64,000 bases of DNA from a virus. Where the stretch lies: IMG/VR virus record IMGVR_UViG_3300020419_000004; one strand, 5' to 3'. The translations under genes and the position numbers were made by a program. Shown piece by piece: positions 10,353 to 20,123 of this stretch (the stretch's first letter is position 1; every line of letters begins with the position of its first letter). The notes under the pieces were generated by a model. That model was not told where the DNA came from. It searched no databases and saw only the letters and a program-made list of their open reading frames with translations.

Positions 10353-11219
10353 ATGTCATTTGCTTCACTTAAGAAGTCCTCATTTCAAGATCTACTTGCT
10401 AAGGCAGATAACCTTAACAAATCAGAGGCTAAAGGTCCTGATGAAAGATTATGGAAACCAGAGGTTGACAAGGCAGGTAATGGTTACGCAGTAATCAGAT
10501 TTCTACCTGCACCCAACGGAGAAGACCTTCCTTGGGCACAAGTTTGGACACATGCCTTCCAAGGTCCAGGTGGATGGTATATTGAGAATAGTCTAACTAC
10601 TTTAGGCAAAAAGGATCCTGTTTCGGATTTAAACAGGGAACTCTGGAATTCTGGTGGCGAAGGTTCTCCACAGAGAGCACAAGCACGTAACCAGAAACGT
10701 AAACTAAACTATTATAGCAACATCTACGTTGTTAAAGATAGTGCCAACCCTGAGAACGAAGGTAAGGTATTCTTATACCGTTATGGTAAGAAGATCTTTG
10801 ATAAGGTTATGGAATCAATGCAACCTGCATTTGAGGACGAATCACCTGTCAATCCATTCGATCTATGGAAGGGTGCTGACTTCAAATTAAAGATTACAAA
10901 GGTCGCAGGTTTTTGGAACTACGACAAGTCAGAATTCGATGCCCCATCTACTTTAGGAGACCTAAAGGATAAAGAATTGGAAAGCATCTGGCAACAGGAA
11001 CATAGTCTAGCAGCATATACTGCGGAAGATCAGTTCAAACCTTATGAGGAACTCAAGGAACGTCTTGACAGAACTCTTAAGTCAACTTACCGTCCTGATC
11101 CAGAGACGGTTGATGAGGAAGCAACTCCTGTACCAACACCTACTGCAGCACCAACTCCAGTGGCAACAGGTTCAGATGATACCTTATCGTACTTTGCTAA
11201 ATTAGCATCTGAAGACTAA
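10353..11219 (+). CDS. gp32: Single-stranded DNA-binding protein gp32
   Basis: DERLWKP; GNGYAVIRFLP; WYIENS; YGKKIFDK; PFDLWKGADFKLK; acidic tail. Confidence 0.96.
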   Translation: MSFASLKKSSFQDLLAKADNLNKSEAKGPDERLWKPEVDKAGNGYAVIRFLPAPNGEDLPWAQVWTHAFQGPGGWYIENSLTTLGKKDPVSDLNRELWNSGGEGSPQRAQARNQKRKLNYYSNIYVVKDSANPENEGKVFLYRYGKKIFDKVMESMQPAFEDESPVNPFDLWKGADFKLKITKVAGFWNYDKSEFDAPSTLGDLKDKELESIWQQEHSLAAYTAEDQFKPYEELKERLDRTLKSTYRPDPETVDEEATPVPTPTAAPTPVATGSDDTLSYFAKLASED

Positions 11220-12641
11220 ATGAAAGTCTGTATCGTTGGTGGTGGGTCGTCTGGATGGATGACCGCCACCACTTTTTGTAAGAAATTAAATTATGATGTC
11301 ACTCTCGTCGAAAGTCCAGACGTTCCGATCTCTGGTGTGGGTGAGAGTACATTACATCAGTTCCAACGATGGATAGATTTCGTTGGTATTAGAGATGATG
11401 AGCAAGAATTTATAAGAGAGACAGGTGGCACGATCAAACATGCCATCAAATTTACCAATTTTTTAGAAAAAAATTCTGGGTCATTTTATTACCCCTTTGG
11501 TTTATCTCCCAAAGATCCAAATGGATGGTGGAGTGAACAATTACGTACTGGTAGATTGCACCACAATGAATATGCACAGAATATCAATCATATTGCCCTA
11601 CTCGCTGCAAGGAATAAGGTTGATCTGAATTCAGATTATGCATACCATTTTGATGCGATCAAGTATGGTCAGTTTTTAAAAAGAAAGTATTGCCAGAAAG
11701 TAGAACACATCCGTGCCAACGTAGTGAATTACGTTACCACAGATGAGATAAATTTCCATAGTTTAGTATTAGATGATGGTTCAGAAATAGAAGCAGATCT
11801 CTTCATAGATTGTACTGGATTTGCTGCTAAATTAATTGGTGAGTATGTAGAAGAACCATTCGTACCATTTGACCATGTACTGTTCAATGATTCTGCATGG
11901 ACTACTCATATACCTTATAGAGATAAAGCAAAAGAATTAACATCAGTCACTGAATGTACTGCTATTGAAAATGGATGGGTATGGAATATACCACTATGGG
12001 ATAATGTTGGTACTGGTTATGTCTATTCTTCTAGACATGTCAGTAAAGAGGATGCTAAACAACAATTCATCAATCATATTGGAACTGATGAGGTAGAGTT
12101 TAAGCATATTCCAATGAGAATTGGAAGGCATGAGAATACATGGGTCAACAATGTAGTCGCTATTGGTCTGAGTGCAGGTTTTATAGAACCGTTAGAATCT
12201 AATGGATTGCTCATGGTGCATGATAACCTAATCAAACTTGCCAAGACACTAAGACGTGGACCTGCATCCCAACTGTTGAAACAGATGTATAATGCAGATG
12301 TTAGACGTGAGTTTGACCAGACAGCAGATTTCATTGCAATACACTATGCCTTTACTCAAAGAAGAGACACACCATACTGGAATGATTGTTTTAACAGGGA
12401 ATATAACTTAGACAGATTGTTTCATTATGGTATGCGTGCATATAGTAGTGAACTATATGAGCAATCTAAGTACACACATGTTGAAAGTGGGTTCCATTAC
12501 ATTGCATCAGGCATGAACATATGTCCACTGACAGAACCAGTGTGTGATTATACTAGTGACGTTGATGCATGGGAAGCAGCAGTAGAGAAGCTACCTATCC
12601 CATACTTATTTCTGAAGGAGAAAGTCCAAACTCAAGACTAG
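11220..12641 (+). CDS. Tryptophan-halogenase-like flavoprotein (PrnA family)
   Basis: GGGSSG; GVGEST; IKHAIKF (catalytic Lys position); GWVWNIP; FIEPLESNG. Confidence 0.88.
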   Translation: MKVCIVGGGSSGWMTATTFCKKLNYDVTLVESPDVPISGVGESTLHQFQRWIDFVGIRDDEQEFIRETGGTIKHAIKFTNFLEKNSGSFYYPFGLSPKDPNGWWSEQLRTGRLHHNEYAQNINHIALLAARNKVDLNSDYAYHFDAIKYGQFLKRKYCQKVEHIRANVVNYVTTDEINFHSLVLDDGSEIEADLFIDCTGFAAKLIGEYVEEPFVPFDHVLFNDSAWTTHIPYRDKAKELTSVTECTAIENGWVWNIPLWDNVGTGYVYSSRHVSKEDAKQQFINHIGTDEVEFKHIPMRIGRHENTWVNNVVAIGLSAGFIEPLESNGLLMVHDNLIKLAKTLRRGPASQLLKQMYNADVRREFDQTADFIAIHYAFTQRRDTPYWNDCFNREYNLDRLFHYGMRAYSSELYEQSKYTHVESGFHYIASGMNICPLTEPVCDYTSDVDAWEAAVEKLPIPYLFLKEKVQTQD

Positions 12642-13212
12642 AACCATGCTGCAATCTTACAATATATGATTCCACAAAGTCTTCAATAAATTCTGGTTTA
12701 ACTAACTGTATTTTTTCTTTCTTAGCATTAACTTCCTCTTCATATTGGAAGTAAGATCTTGATGCTACTGGATTGGCAGTAACGATAGTAGATCCATTAT
12801 AATATGATATTTGGAATGTAGATGGTACTATCTTACCTGCAGGTACAATGATTTGTGTACCGTTCTTGACCTCAGTAGTCAGATAGTCCTTGGTTGCAGC
12901 TGCATTCTCATACTTAGCAGCAGCATATTCTTGTAGTTGCTGTGTTGATCTTGGCCATTGCTCATGATAATTGACGATATCATTTATCACCAACAGTGTC
13001 CAGTTGTAGAATGGGTTGTCATAGAACTTTAAGGCAACATCTTCAGGTTTCTCACCATTCTGTACGATATATTCATCAAACATTGCTAATGATTTCTTAT
13101 ACTCACGTAAGATCTCAGCACGTCTCCATATATTTTTCGTCATGAAAAATTTAGGATCAACTGCTGATGGTCCGAAGTTGTATAGTAAATCTGGTAGTGC
13201 TCTTAATAACAT
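12595..13212 (-). CDS. gp53: Baseplate wedge protein gp53
   Basis: YIVQNGEKPEDVALKFY; WTLLVINDI; WPRS; YEEEVNAKKEKI. Confidence 0.88.
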   Translation of the reverse strand: MLLRALPDLLYNFGPSAVDPKFFMTKNIWRRAEILREYKKSLAMFDEYIVQNGEKPEDVALKFYDNPFYNWTLLVINDIVNYHEQWPRSTQQLQEYAAAKYENAAATKDYLTTEVKNGTQIIVPAGKIVPSTFQISYYNGSTIVTANPVASRSYFQYEEEVNAKKEKIQLVKPEFIEDFVESYIVRLQHGSSLEFGLSPSEISMG

Positions 13213-14546
13213 TAGAAACCTATGCCTGGATGATTAGCCATTTCAGAGGATGCGACAAATCCTTTATCAAGTTTGTTATTACTCCTAGTTCTTGAACCTT
13301 CAAAGTCCATTCTTGTAAGAGCAGTTGTCTCGTTAAACTTAAGTTCTACAGTAACAAGAGGTATAGTACCATCAAAGACAGTATTCAACATACCCAATGG
13401 TGTGGTATTGACTCTTAAACTTGTTAATGCACAAAGCTTTGTCTTGGGCATCATAGGATGTTGTATTGGTTCGTCAGCAATTTCAAGTTTCTTCCTACCA
13501 TCGTTATCTTCTGTCTCTACAGTTTTAACGAACATAGGTTTCAATACAAATACATCTGGGAACGTAAGCATAACTGCACTACCTTTACCATTCTTTGAGC
13601 CAGGATGCATACCACGTTTAAACCATTCAATAATAGTTTGGATCTCCTCGGACTCTTTAGAATTACGAGCAGCAAAAGAGAAACTAAGAGAGAACTCTCT
13701 AAAGTCAATCCTTTGGAACATCTGTATAGCATTCTCGTTTGGTGCCATACCACCTAGACCTGCAATATTCTTAGGACTTAAGGAGTCGTTCACACCGAAT
13801 GGGTTGGTTGCCATTGATGCACCTGCAGCCATGTTCTTGGCATACTCGTCAGGTCCAGGCATACCAGGTATATTACCTGCAATACCTGATGCTTTTTGTA
13901 ATTGACCTAGCGATGATGTAAATGCTGCACCAGCACCTGCACCAGCAAGACCTAACGCTGCAAACTTAGCAGCATTATCTGCCATGAGTGCCATGGTACC
14001 CATTTTAAATGTATTATTCCAGTCAGCAGAATACCCATATTGAAATTCTTCTGGTAATGCTACGTTGAGTTCTGATGCTTGTAAACCCTTACGACGTTTC
14101 TCCATCAACTCATCCTTTTCACCCTTCAATTGGTTCCAAGTTGTTGTTTCTCCGTTGGGGAGTGTGATTTCATTATCCCCACCAGGAACTTCGGTAGCAC
14201 CCATATTACTGAACACACCAAATATATCCCACCTCTTCTTAGTTGTTACTTGACCGTCTCTCTCTATATCTTCTTGCATCTGGTTCATTCTGGCATCTGC
14301 ATCACCACCAGTACCTGCACCACCGTATATACCTGACGCTATGTTGGTAGCAGTATTCACCAGACCTTTCATGGTACCACTACGTTGGAAAGAACCTAGT
14401 GCATCATTCTGGTTGGCAGCTACCTTAGCTAATCCTTCTTGATATTCATATTTTTCTATCTTCATAAAAGATGCATATGGAACCTGATCAATACCGTTAG
14501 GGTATGATAGTACCGTTTGCTTCTCTTCTAATGATGCTGTTGACAT
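13212..14546 (-). CDS. gp48: Baseplate tail-tube cap gp48
   Basis: VALPEE..YGYSADW; PN..QMFQRIDFREFSLSF.F; FPDVF; CALTSLRVN. Confidence 0.8.
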   Translation of the reverse strand: MSTASLEEKQTVLSYPNGIDQVPYASFMKIEKYEYQEGLAKVAANQNDALGSFQRSGTMKGLVNTATNIASGIYGGAGTGGDADARMNQMQEDIERDGQVTTKKRWDIFGVFSNMGATEVPGGDNEITLPNGETTTWNQLKGEKDELMEKRRKGLQASELNVALPEEFQYGYSADWNNTFKMGTMALMADNAAKFAALGLAGAGAGAAFTSSLGQLQKASGIAGNIPGMPGPDEYAKNMAAGASMATNPFGVNDSLSPKNIAGLGGMAPNENAIQMFQRIDFREFSLSFSFAARNSKESEEIQTIIEWFKRGMHPGSKNGKGSAVMLTFPDVFVLKPMFVKTVETEDNDGRKKLEIADEPIQHPMMPKTKLCALTSLRVNTTPLGMLNTVFDGTIPLVTVELKFNETTALTRMDFEGSRTRSNNKLDKGFVASSEMANHPGIGF

Positions 14547-15040
14547 TACTTATTACGATGAAATTTTTGTACGGGAAACTGACTAAGGACAGGTACGTCT
14601 AAGTCATCCACTTCAAAGAACAGTCCGTCTGCATTCTTTGGAATATAATAATGTAAAGTCGACTCAGGGAATCTGTTGTTATTTATAGCAGATAATCTGA
14701 CTCTTACGGGTAAGTAGTGTATATTCGCCCCTAAAAGGTTACCTTTATTGAATTCCATGAGGTGTATGAGTGGATATTGATCATATTCTTTCAACTGATC
14801 CTTAAATTTTGGGTCATATTCAAATAGATACCACTTACCTACAGATGGATTGTCTGTAGCATTATCGTATAGGGAGAGAAATATATCCTGTCTGATCTTA
14901 TTGGCAGATAATTTCTTTCCATTTATTGATTCAACATAGGAACTAAATTTCGAGTTCGACTTCTGTGATGAGTTTGAACTTCCAGAGTCTGTCTCTGCAG
15001 TATCGCTCTGCTGACTTCCACTTAGCTGTGTTTGTTGCAT
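14546..15040 (-). CDS. DNA end protector gp2-like (start uncertain)
   Basis: GKWYLFEYDPKFK...YDQYPLI...GANIHYLP. Confidence 0.7.
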   Translation of the reverse strand: MQQTQLSGSQQSDTAETDSGSSNSSQKSNSKFSSYVESINGKKLSANKIRQDIFLSLYDNATDNPSVGKWYLFEYDPKFKDQLKEYDQYPLIHLMEFNKGNLLGANIHYLPVRVRLSAINNNRFPESTLHYYIPKNADGLFFEVDDLDVPVLSQFPVQKFHRNK

Positions 15041-15383
15041 ACGTCATTACCTCCGAGATGTACGCTTTCTGGTTTTTTCGTTGTAGAGGTTTCTTAGGAA
15101 GTTCAGTTTGCTTCTTGGGTTTAACTTCTACGAGGTAGGACTGAGTCTTTCCATTGGGTTCTAGGACTTTCATGTAGAAGTCTGGGAAATACCTTCTGAC
15201 CTTTTTTTGTACGGGATCTTTGTACGGGATTACTATTTCTTCGCTCGACCATTCAACCACATTTGGGTTCTTATCACAGTAATCCATGAACTTTTTCTCC
15301 CAAAGAGAACGAAATACTACAGAGGTGGGGTCACCTTTGTACTTCTTATAGTTCTTTACTCTATATTTTCCTTTGTATGCCAT
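14943..15383 (-). CDS. gp4: Head completion nuclease gp4
   Basis: KYKGDPT..VFRSLWE; WSSEEIVIPY; RYFPDF; VEVKPKKQT; N.AKW. Confidence 0.92.
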   Translation of the reverse strand: MAYKGKYRVKNYKKYKGDPTSVVFRSLWEKKFMDYCDKNPNVVEWSSEEIVIPYKDPVQKKVRRYFPDFYMKVLEPNGKTQSYLVEVKPKKQTELPKKPLQRKNQKAYISEVMTYATNTAKWKSAERYCRDRLWKFKLITEVELEI

Positions 15384-15384
15384 G

Positions 15385-15420
15385 ATAAATAAAGATGGTC
15401 ACACCATATTCAGTATTTAT
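15385..15420. promoter_or_regulatory. Face-to-face pair of late promoters
   Basis: ATAAATA at 15385-15391 (+) and TATTTAT at 15414-15420 (-). Confidence 0.75.
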
Positions 15421-16102
15421 GCCACAAGCTACATCTATTGAGAATTTTAAACAGGCAGTCCTCGGAAGGTCTGGTGGTATCTCTGCGTCTAATCTATATC
15501 AGTTTCAAATAGCTGTGCCAGAACTACCTGCAACGGGATACACTCTCTCAAAGCACTTCGGTCAAAATATGAACGAAGGAATCCAAGCAACAGATATGGT
15601 CAACTATCAGTTGAACATGCTATGTAATGAAATACAAGTACCTGGTGTTACCATGTCGTCATCTGATGTAAAAATGCCCCAGAAGGGTATGATACAGAAG
15701 GTTGCGAGTGCCAAAGTGTTCAATGAACTTGACGTTAGTTTCTATTGTGATGCAGACTCCTTGCCCTTTAAATTCTTTAGGACATGGCAAGACTTCATTA
15801 TAGGTGCTATTGAAAAACCCAGAGACATGTACTCTGGAGATCATACCATGTCTCAAATGCGTCATAAAGCATATGCACAAAGGTACTACGATCACTATAC
15901 ATGTGATATAATTATAGACAAGCTAGAAAAAAGCGGACAGAAGAAGAAGCAAAATAAGGAGGATTACCGTTTTGGTTTCCGTGCTAAATTAGTAAAAGCA
16001 TATCCTTACACTGTATCATCTATTCCATATTCTGCTGGTGCTGCACAACTTGTGAAAGTCACCGTCGGATTCTACTACGAGTATAGTCATTTAATTTACT
16101 GA
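15419..16102 (+). CDS. Tail-tube-like baseplate protein (gp54/gp19 family)
   Basis: LCNEIQVPG; ELDVSFYCD; FFRTWQD; LVKAYP..V..I; VTVGFYY. Confidence 0.75.
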   Translation: MPQATSIENFKQAVLGRSGGISASNLYQFQIAVPELPATGYTLSKHFGQNMNEGIQATDMVNYQLNMLCNEIQVPGVTMSSSDVKMPQKGMIQKVASAKVFNELDVSFYCDADSLPFKFFRTWQDFIIGAIEKPRDMYSGDHTMSQMRHKAYAQRYYDHYTCDIIIDKLEKSGQKKKQNKEDYRFGFRAKLVKAYPYTVSSIPYSAGAAQLVKVTVGFYYEYSHLIY

Positions 16103-16107
16103 TAATC

Positions 16108-16806
16108 ATGCCATTACCTGAAATTGTTACGCCAACGTACACGTTGACGGTGCCTTCTACTAAAAAGAAACTTAAGTATAGACCATTCCTTGTCAAGGAA
16201 CAGAAAGCATTAATCATAGCTCTAGAGCAACAAGACTCCGAGCAAACGCTAGAAGCGATAAAAACAGTACTGACCAACTGTATCATCACCAAGCATAATC
16301 TTGATGATATGGCTCTATTTGATATAGAGTTTATCTTCCTACAAGTACGTGCTAGATCAATCAGCGAGGAGATTGAGATGAAAGTTACATGTCCTGATGA
16401 TGGGGAGACTGAGGTCAATGTGTCATTCATGGTAGATGATGTCAAGGTCAACTTCCCTAAAGGACATAAGAACGTGTTCAAGATCAGTGATGACATCACT
16501 GTAGAAATGAAGTATCCAGACATGGAATACTTTGCTGCTATCACATTCTCATCTGAGAAGGTTGATCCGTATGAGTTAGTAGGTAAGTGTATCAAGAGAG
16601 TATACGTAGGTGAGGACGCAACTGGTTCATTTACACAAGATGAAGCGAGGGATTGGGTTGAGACTCTAACCAACTCCCAGTTTGGATTGATACAAGAGTT
16701 CTTTAATACTATGCCTACACTTCGTCATGTACTTAAGGTTAAAAACCCAAAGACACAGGTGGTAAATGAGGTCGTAATTGAAGGTCTTGCTGATTTTTTC
16801 GCATAG
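16108..16806 (+). CDS. gp26: Baseplate hub subunit (cyanophage gp26)
   Basis: MPLPEIVTPTYTL; YRPFLVKEQK; FDIEFIFLQVRARS; FFNTMP. Confidence 0.88.
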   Translation: MPLPEIVTPTYTLTVPSTKKKLKYRPFLVKEQKALIIALEQQDSEQTLEAIKTVLTNCIITKHNLDDMALFDIEFIFLQVRARSISEEIEMKVTCPDDGETEVNVSFMVDDVKVNFPKGHKNVFKISDDITVEMKYPDMEYFAAITFSSEKVDPYELVGKCIKRVYVGEDATGSFTQDEARDWVETLTNSQFGLIQEFFNTMPTLRHVLKVKNPKTQVVNEVVIEGLADFFA

Positions 16807-16823
16807 CCCTCTTCCATGAGGGC

Positions 16824-16997
16824 ATGATGAACTTCTACCAGACGAATTTTTCGTTAGTTCAACACCATAAATATAGCTTGACTGATATTGAAAACATGAT
16901 CCCGTGGGAACGAGACGTGTATGTAAACCTTCTATCTTCTCACCTCCAGAAGGAGAGAGAAAGAATAGATGAAGAACGCAGAAGACAAAACCGCTAA
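16824..16997 (+). CDS. gp51: gp51-like baseplate hub assembly chaperone segment (not in ORF track; probably the -1 extension of gp26)
   Basis: NFYQTNFSLVQHHKYSLTDIENMIPWERDVY. Confidence 0.85.
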   Translation: MMNFYQTNFSLVQHHKYSLTDIENMIPWERDVYVNLLSSHLQKERERIDEERRRQNR

Positions 16998-18751
16998 TGG
17001 CACAAGTAACCATAGAAGACTTAGCAGATCAACTCACTGAAGTGAGTGATAAGTTTGTCGCGTCCTTTGAAGAGACCATGGAGACTGAGGATGAACTCTT
17101 TACATTCCTCAGAGGTAGAGAGAGATGGTATATTGGTAAGACAACAGTTCAAGAGCAACAACGTACATATAATGTAACTCCAACTGAGAGTGAAGCACCC
17201 GTTGCAGCACCAGAAGAACCAGAAATATTACGAGGGACACACTCTCTACATGGTACGATACCAGATCCTAATGCATTTAAGATGCCAAAGATGCCTGACT
17301 TCGGTAAGATAGCAGCGTCATTTAAAAAAGGATTTGGCAAAGCAAAGAGCGTAGCAAAAAATATTGGGAAAAAAATTAGGAAGGGTGCTGCTGCAATAAC
17401 CAAACCTACCAAAGCACTCATAGGTGAAGCAGGTCCAGAAATAGTCGTTCCAATGCAGAAACTTGGGGATGCTATCAACAGTATATACAAGAAGGGTTCA
17501 AAGACCATGTTGGAAGCCACGACTGGATTCCTGAACTCGTTGCCATCGACTCCAAGTAAGGGGAAGGTGCTGTCACAGATTAATAAACTGAAAAACTTAT
17601 TTGGATTGGGAACTCTAAAGGTCAAAGGTGGATCCTTTGGACTGCCTAATCCTATAGAATGGTGGAATAAAGGTAGGAACGAACGCATACCTGATGAAGA
17701 TAAGGCATCATGGAAAGATTTGATGGAAGACGATCTGGCACAGAGAGGTCAGAGTGATGAATCATTTGAGAAAGGAGAAGCACCTCCATTATTAGGAAGA
17801 CCAGACCAAGCATTTAATCCATTCCGACCTGCAGACAAGGGTGGTCCTGGCTCAGGTCCTACACCTGCAGTCAGACAGGCAGTTGAAAGACCTATAAAAG
17901 GTCTGATGAATTTTGGTAAGGGATTGGCAGGTTCTCTTGGTGCTCAGGTCAATAAGTTTAAAGATAATAGAGCAAAGAGAAGTAAACCCATACCTACACC
18001 ACTAGGCACAGGTAAAGATATGTTTGGTCAAACTATCACCATGAATCCTCCCACGGAGTCTGCATGGAAGAAAGTCAGTGCAGCTGCTGCAGCTGATGGT
18101 GTCAACCTACCTAGTTCTGTTACCAGTGCATTCAGAAGTGTACAGGAGCAGCAAGATTTGTTAGATAATGCGGATGATCCTAATGTCATAACACCTGCAC
18201 CCCAAGGTATGTCACCACACCAACAAGGATGGGCTGTTGATATAGATCAGAACTCAGAAGCAAACCACTGGATGAGAGAGCATGGTCATAAGCATGGATT
18301 CCATTGGGAAGGTCCTTCAGATCCAGTTCACTTTGACTTCATAAACAATGAACCAAGAGATAAGTACGTACAACCAGATAAGGATCAGTGGTTACCAAAG
18401 GAGGGAGATAAGGGTGGAGCAACTACCACAGGTGGTAAGTTAGTATCAGTTATTGGTGACTTCCTTAAAAAGAAATTTAAGAAAGGTGATCCAAAAGATC
18501 TACAGTCATCTACTACAACTAATACCATAGCACCAAACGTATCACCAGAACAACAGACTGTAATGAATGCACCAGTGTCACAGAGTGGTAAGGATAAACC
18601 TGTAGCATTTGGTGTACCTATGGTAATTCCTGGTCCTACTGTAGTGATACCTGGTCCTCCACAGGTTTCAAAACTTGATCCTCAGGTCATGCGTCACCAT
18701 ATCGTAGATCCATTCGGTAAGGGTACAAGAGTAGAGGTGGCATATGTATAG
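16997..18751 (+). CDS. Tape-measure-like protein with M15/VanY-type peptidase domain
   Basis: ALIGEAGPEIVVP; SAFRS..EQ; SPHQQGWAVD; DPVHFDF. Confidence 0.7.
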   Translation: MAQVTIEDLADQLTEVSDKFVASFEETMETEDELFTFLRGRERWYIGKTTVQEQQRTYNVTPTESEAPVAAPEEPEILRGTHSLHGTIPDPNAFKMPKMPDFGKIAASFKKGFGKAKSVAKNIGKKIRKGAAAITKPTKALIGEAGPEIVVPMQKLGDAINSIYKKGSKTMLEATTGFLNSLPSTPSKGKVLSQINKLKNLFGLGTLKVKGGSFGLPNPIEWWNKGRNERIPDEDKASWKDLMEDDLAQRGQSDESFEKGEAPPLLGRPDQAFNPFRPADKGGPGSGPTPAVRQAVERPIKGLMNFGKGLAGSLGAQVNKFKDNRAKRSKPIPTPLGTGKDMFGQTITMNPPTESAWKKVSAAAAADGVNLPSSVTSAFRSVQEQQDLLDNADDPNVITPAPQGMSPHQQGWAVDIDQNSEANHWMREHGHKHGFHWEGPSDPVHFDFINNEPRDKYVQPDKDQWLPKEGDKGGATTTGGKLVSVIGDFLKKKFKKGDPKDLQSSTTTNTIAPNVSPEQQTVMNAPVSQSGKDKPVAFGVPMVIPGPTVVIPGPPQVSKLDPQVMRHHIVDPFGKGTRVEVAYV

Positions 18752-20123
18752 AGATAAACTGCTAACGACGTTTAGAAATCTAAACCACAAGTTTGATGGT
18801 CTTGCTGAGTTACTTACTGATCGTAACCTGATATTGAAGGTACTCACACGTAAGGAACAACGTGAGGATTTCTTACTTGGTGAAAGAATACAGTCATTAG
18901 ATGAGGTTGGTGGAGTATCAGTTCAGGCAATGAACCGTAACGTGGATCTAAGTCCCGTTAATAATATGATGCCCCCGTTGAATATCAAGGGATCTGGTTC
19001 AGAAGATAAGGAAGTACCATTTAAAAAGGGTGGTGCTGTAGGTATGCAACCTATCATTGATATTACTGCACAAAATTTAGGATCTGAACCTACTGACGAA
19101 CCATACCAGACACTAGAAGAGAGCAATGCTATCGTACCGATAGACAAAGCTGCATCTGCTATAGTTGAAGACTTTGAGATAGACAAGAAATTTAAGAAAG
19201 CATTCCAAACTGCAATGACATTGCCATCAAAGGCAGCTGCTGCAGGTTTGACTGATCTATTATCCAAGACACCAACACAGGGTGAAGGTACTACAGTCAT
19301 CAAAAAGAATTTAAAGGTATTATCATCTGCATTCAAACTCCCAACACCTGAAGCACCCACTGAAGAAGCAGCACCCGATGTCATTGATGTTGATGCAGTT
19401 GATCTCAGTAAGGAGGAGAAGGCAAAGAAAGATAAAGAGATAGAACAATATGAAGCAAACAAAGGTAAGAATGTATTTGAGTTAGGTGTTCAGTGGTTGA
19501 TGGGTAAAGCAGCCTCTGGTGGTGCTGCTGGCTCTCCTAGTGGTGCACCTGCACTACCACCTGCACAGGGAGACCCATTAATACCAGACTTTGCTACCGC
19601 ACCTGGCTATATGCCAGGATATATTGGTGATGGCAAAGGATTATTAGGCCGCATAGGTGGTGGACTGAAGTCATTTGGTAAGAAAGCATTTGAGTATAGT
19701 CCTGTAGGTCTCGGCATGAAAGCTGCAGGTGCTGCTAAGGACAAATTCCAGAACATCACTGAGAACAAAGGTGTGAGAGGTTTCTTCAAGGGTGCAGGTA
19801 ACTTTGCTAAGAAAGCATTCAAGTACACACCAATGGGTATGGCTGCGTCACTTGGTGGTGGTATTATCAATAAGATTAGAGGTGGTGATCAAACAACTAA
19901 TCTCAATGAACTAACAGAGAATGTAATCACTGAAGAGAACCAAAGGAAGCAAGAGATCATTGATCAAGCTAAGAACCCAACACCAGGTATCGCAGCAATG
20001 CCAATGCCAGGTGCACCGAAAGGTAGTGGTGGTAGCAGCATGGATCAGGGTGGAGATGAAGCTATACCTAAGATCAAGTACAGTCCATACTTTGATAGTT
20101 ACGCAGAAACGAGTCAATTCTAA
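18744..20123 (+). CDS. Second tape-measure-like or baseplate hub protein
   Basis: FKKGGAV; repeated Gly/Ala/Lys amphipathic segments; position between gp51 and the gp27-like gene. Confidence 0.5.
   Translation: MYRDKLLTTFRNLNHKFDGLAELLTDRNLILKVLTRKEQREDFLLGERIQSLDEVGGVSVQAMNRNVDLSPVNNMMPPLNIKGSGSEDKEVPFKKGGAVGMQPIIDITAQNLGSEPTDEPYQTLEESNAIVPIDKAASAIVEDFEIDKKFKKAFQTAMTLPSKAAAAGLTDLLSKTPTQGEGTTVIKKNLKVLSSAFKLPTPEAPTEEAAPDVIDVDAVDLSKEEKAKKDKEIEQYEANKGKNVFELGVQWLMGKAASGGAAGSPSGAPALPPAQGDPLIPDFATAPGYMPGYIGDGKGLLGRIGGGLKSFGKKAFEYSPVGLGMKAAGAAKDKFQNITENKGVRGFFKGAGNFAKKAFKYTPMGMAASLGGGIINKIRGGDQTTNLNELTENVITEENQRKQEIIDQAKNPTPGIAAMPMPGAPKGSGGSSMDQGGDEAIPKIKYSPYFDSYAETSQF

Noticed and set aside
14943-15383. 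TnsA-like motif as a transposon
   Set aside because: It is the conserved gp4 head-completion nuclease in its normal context
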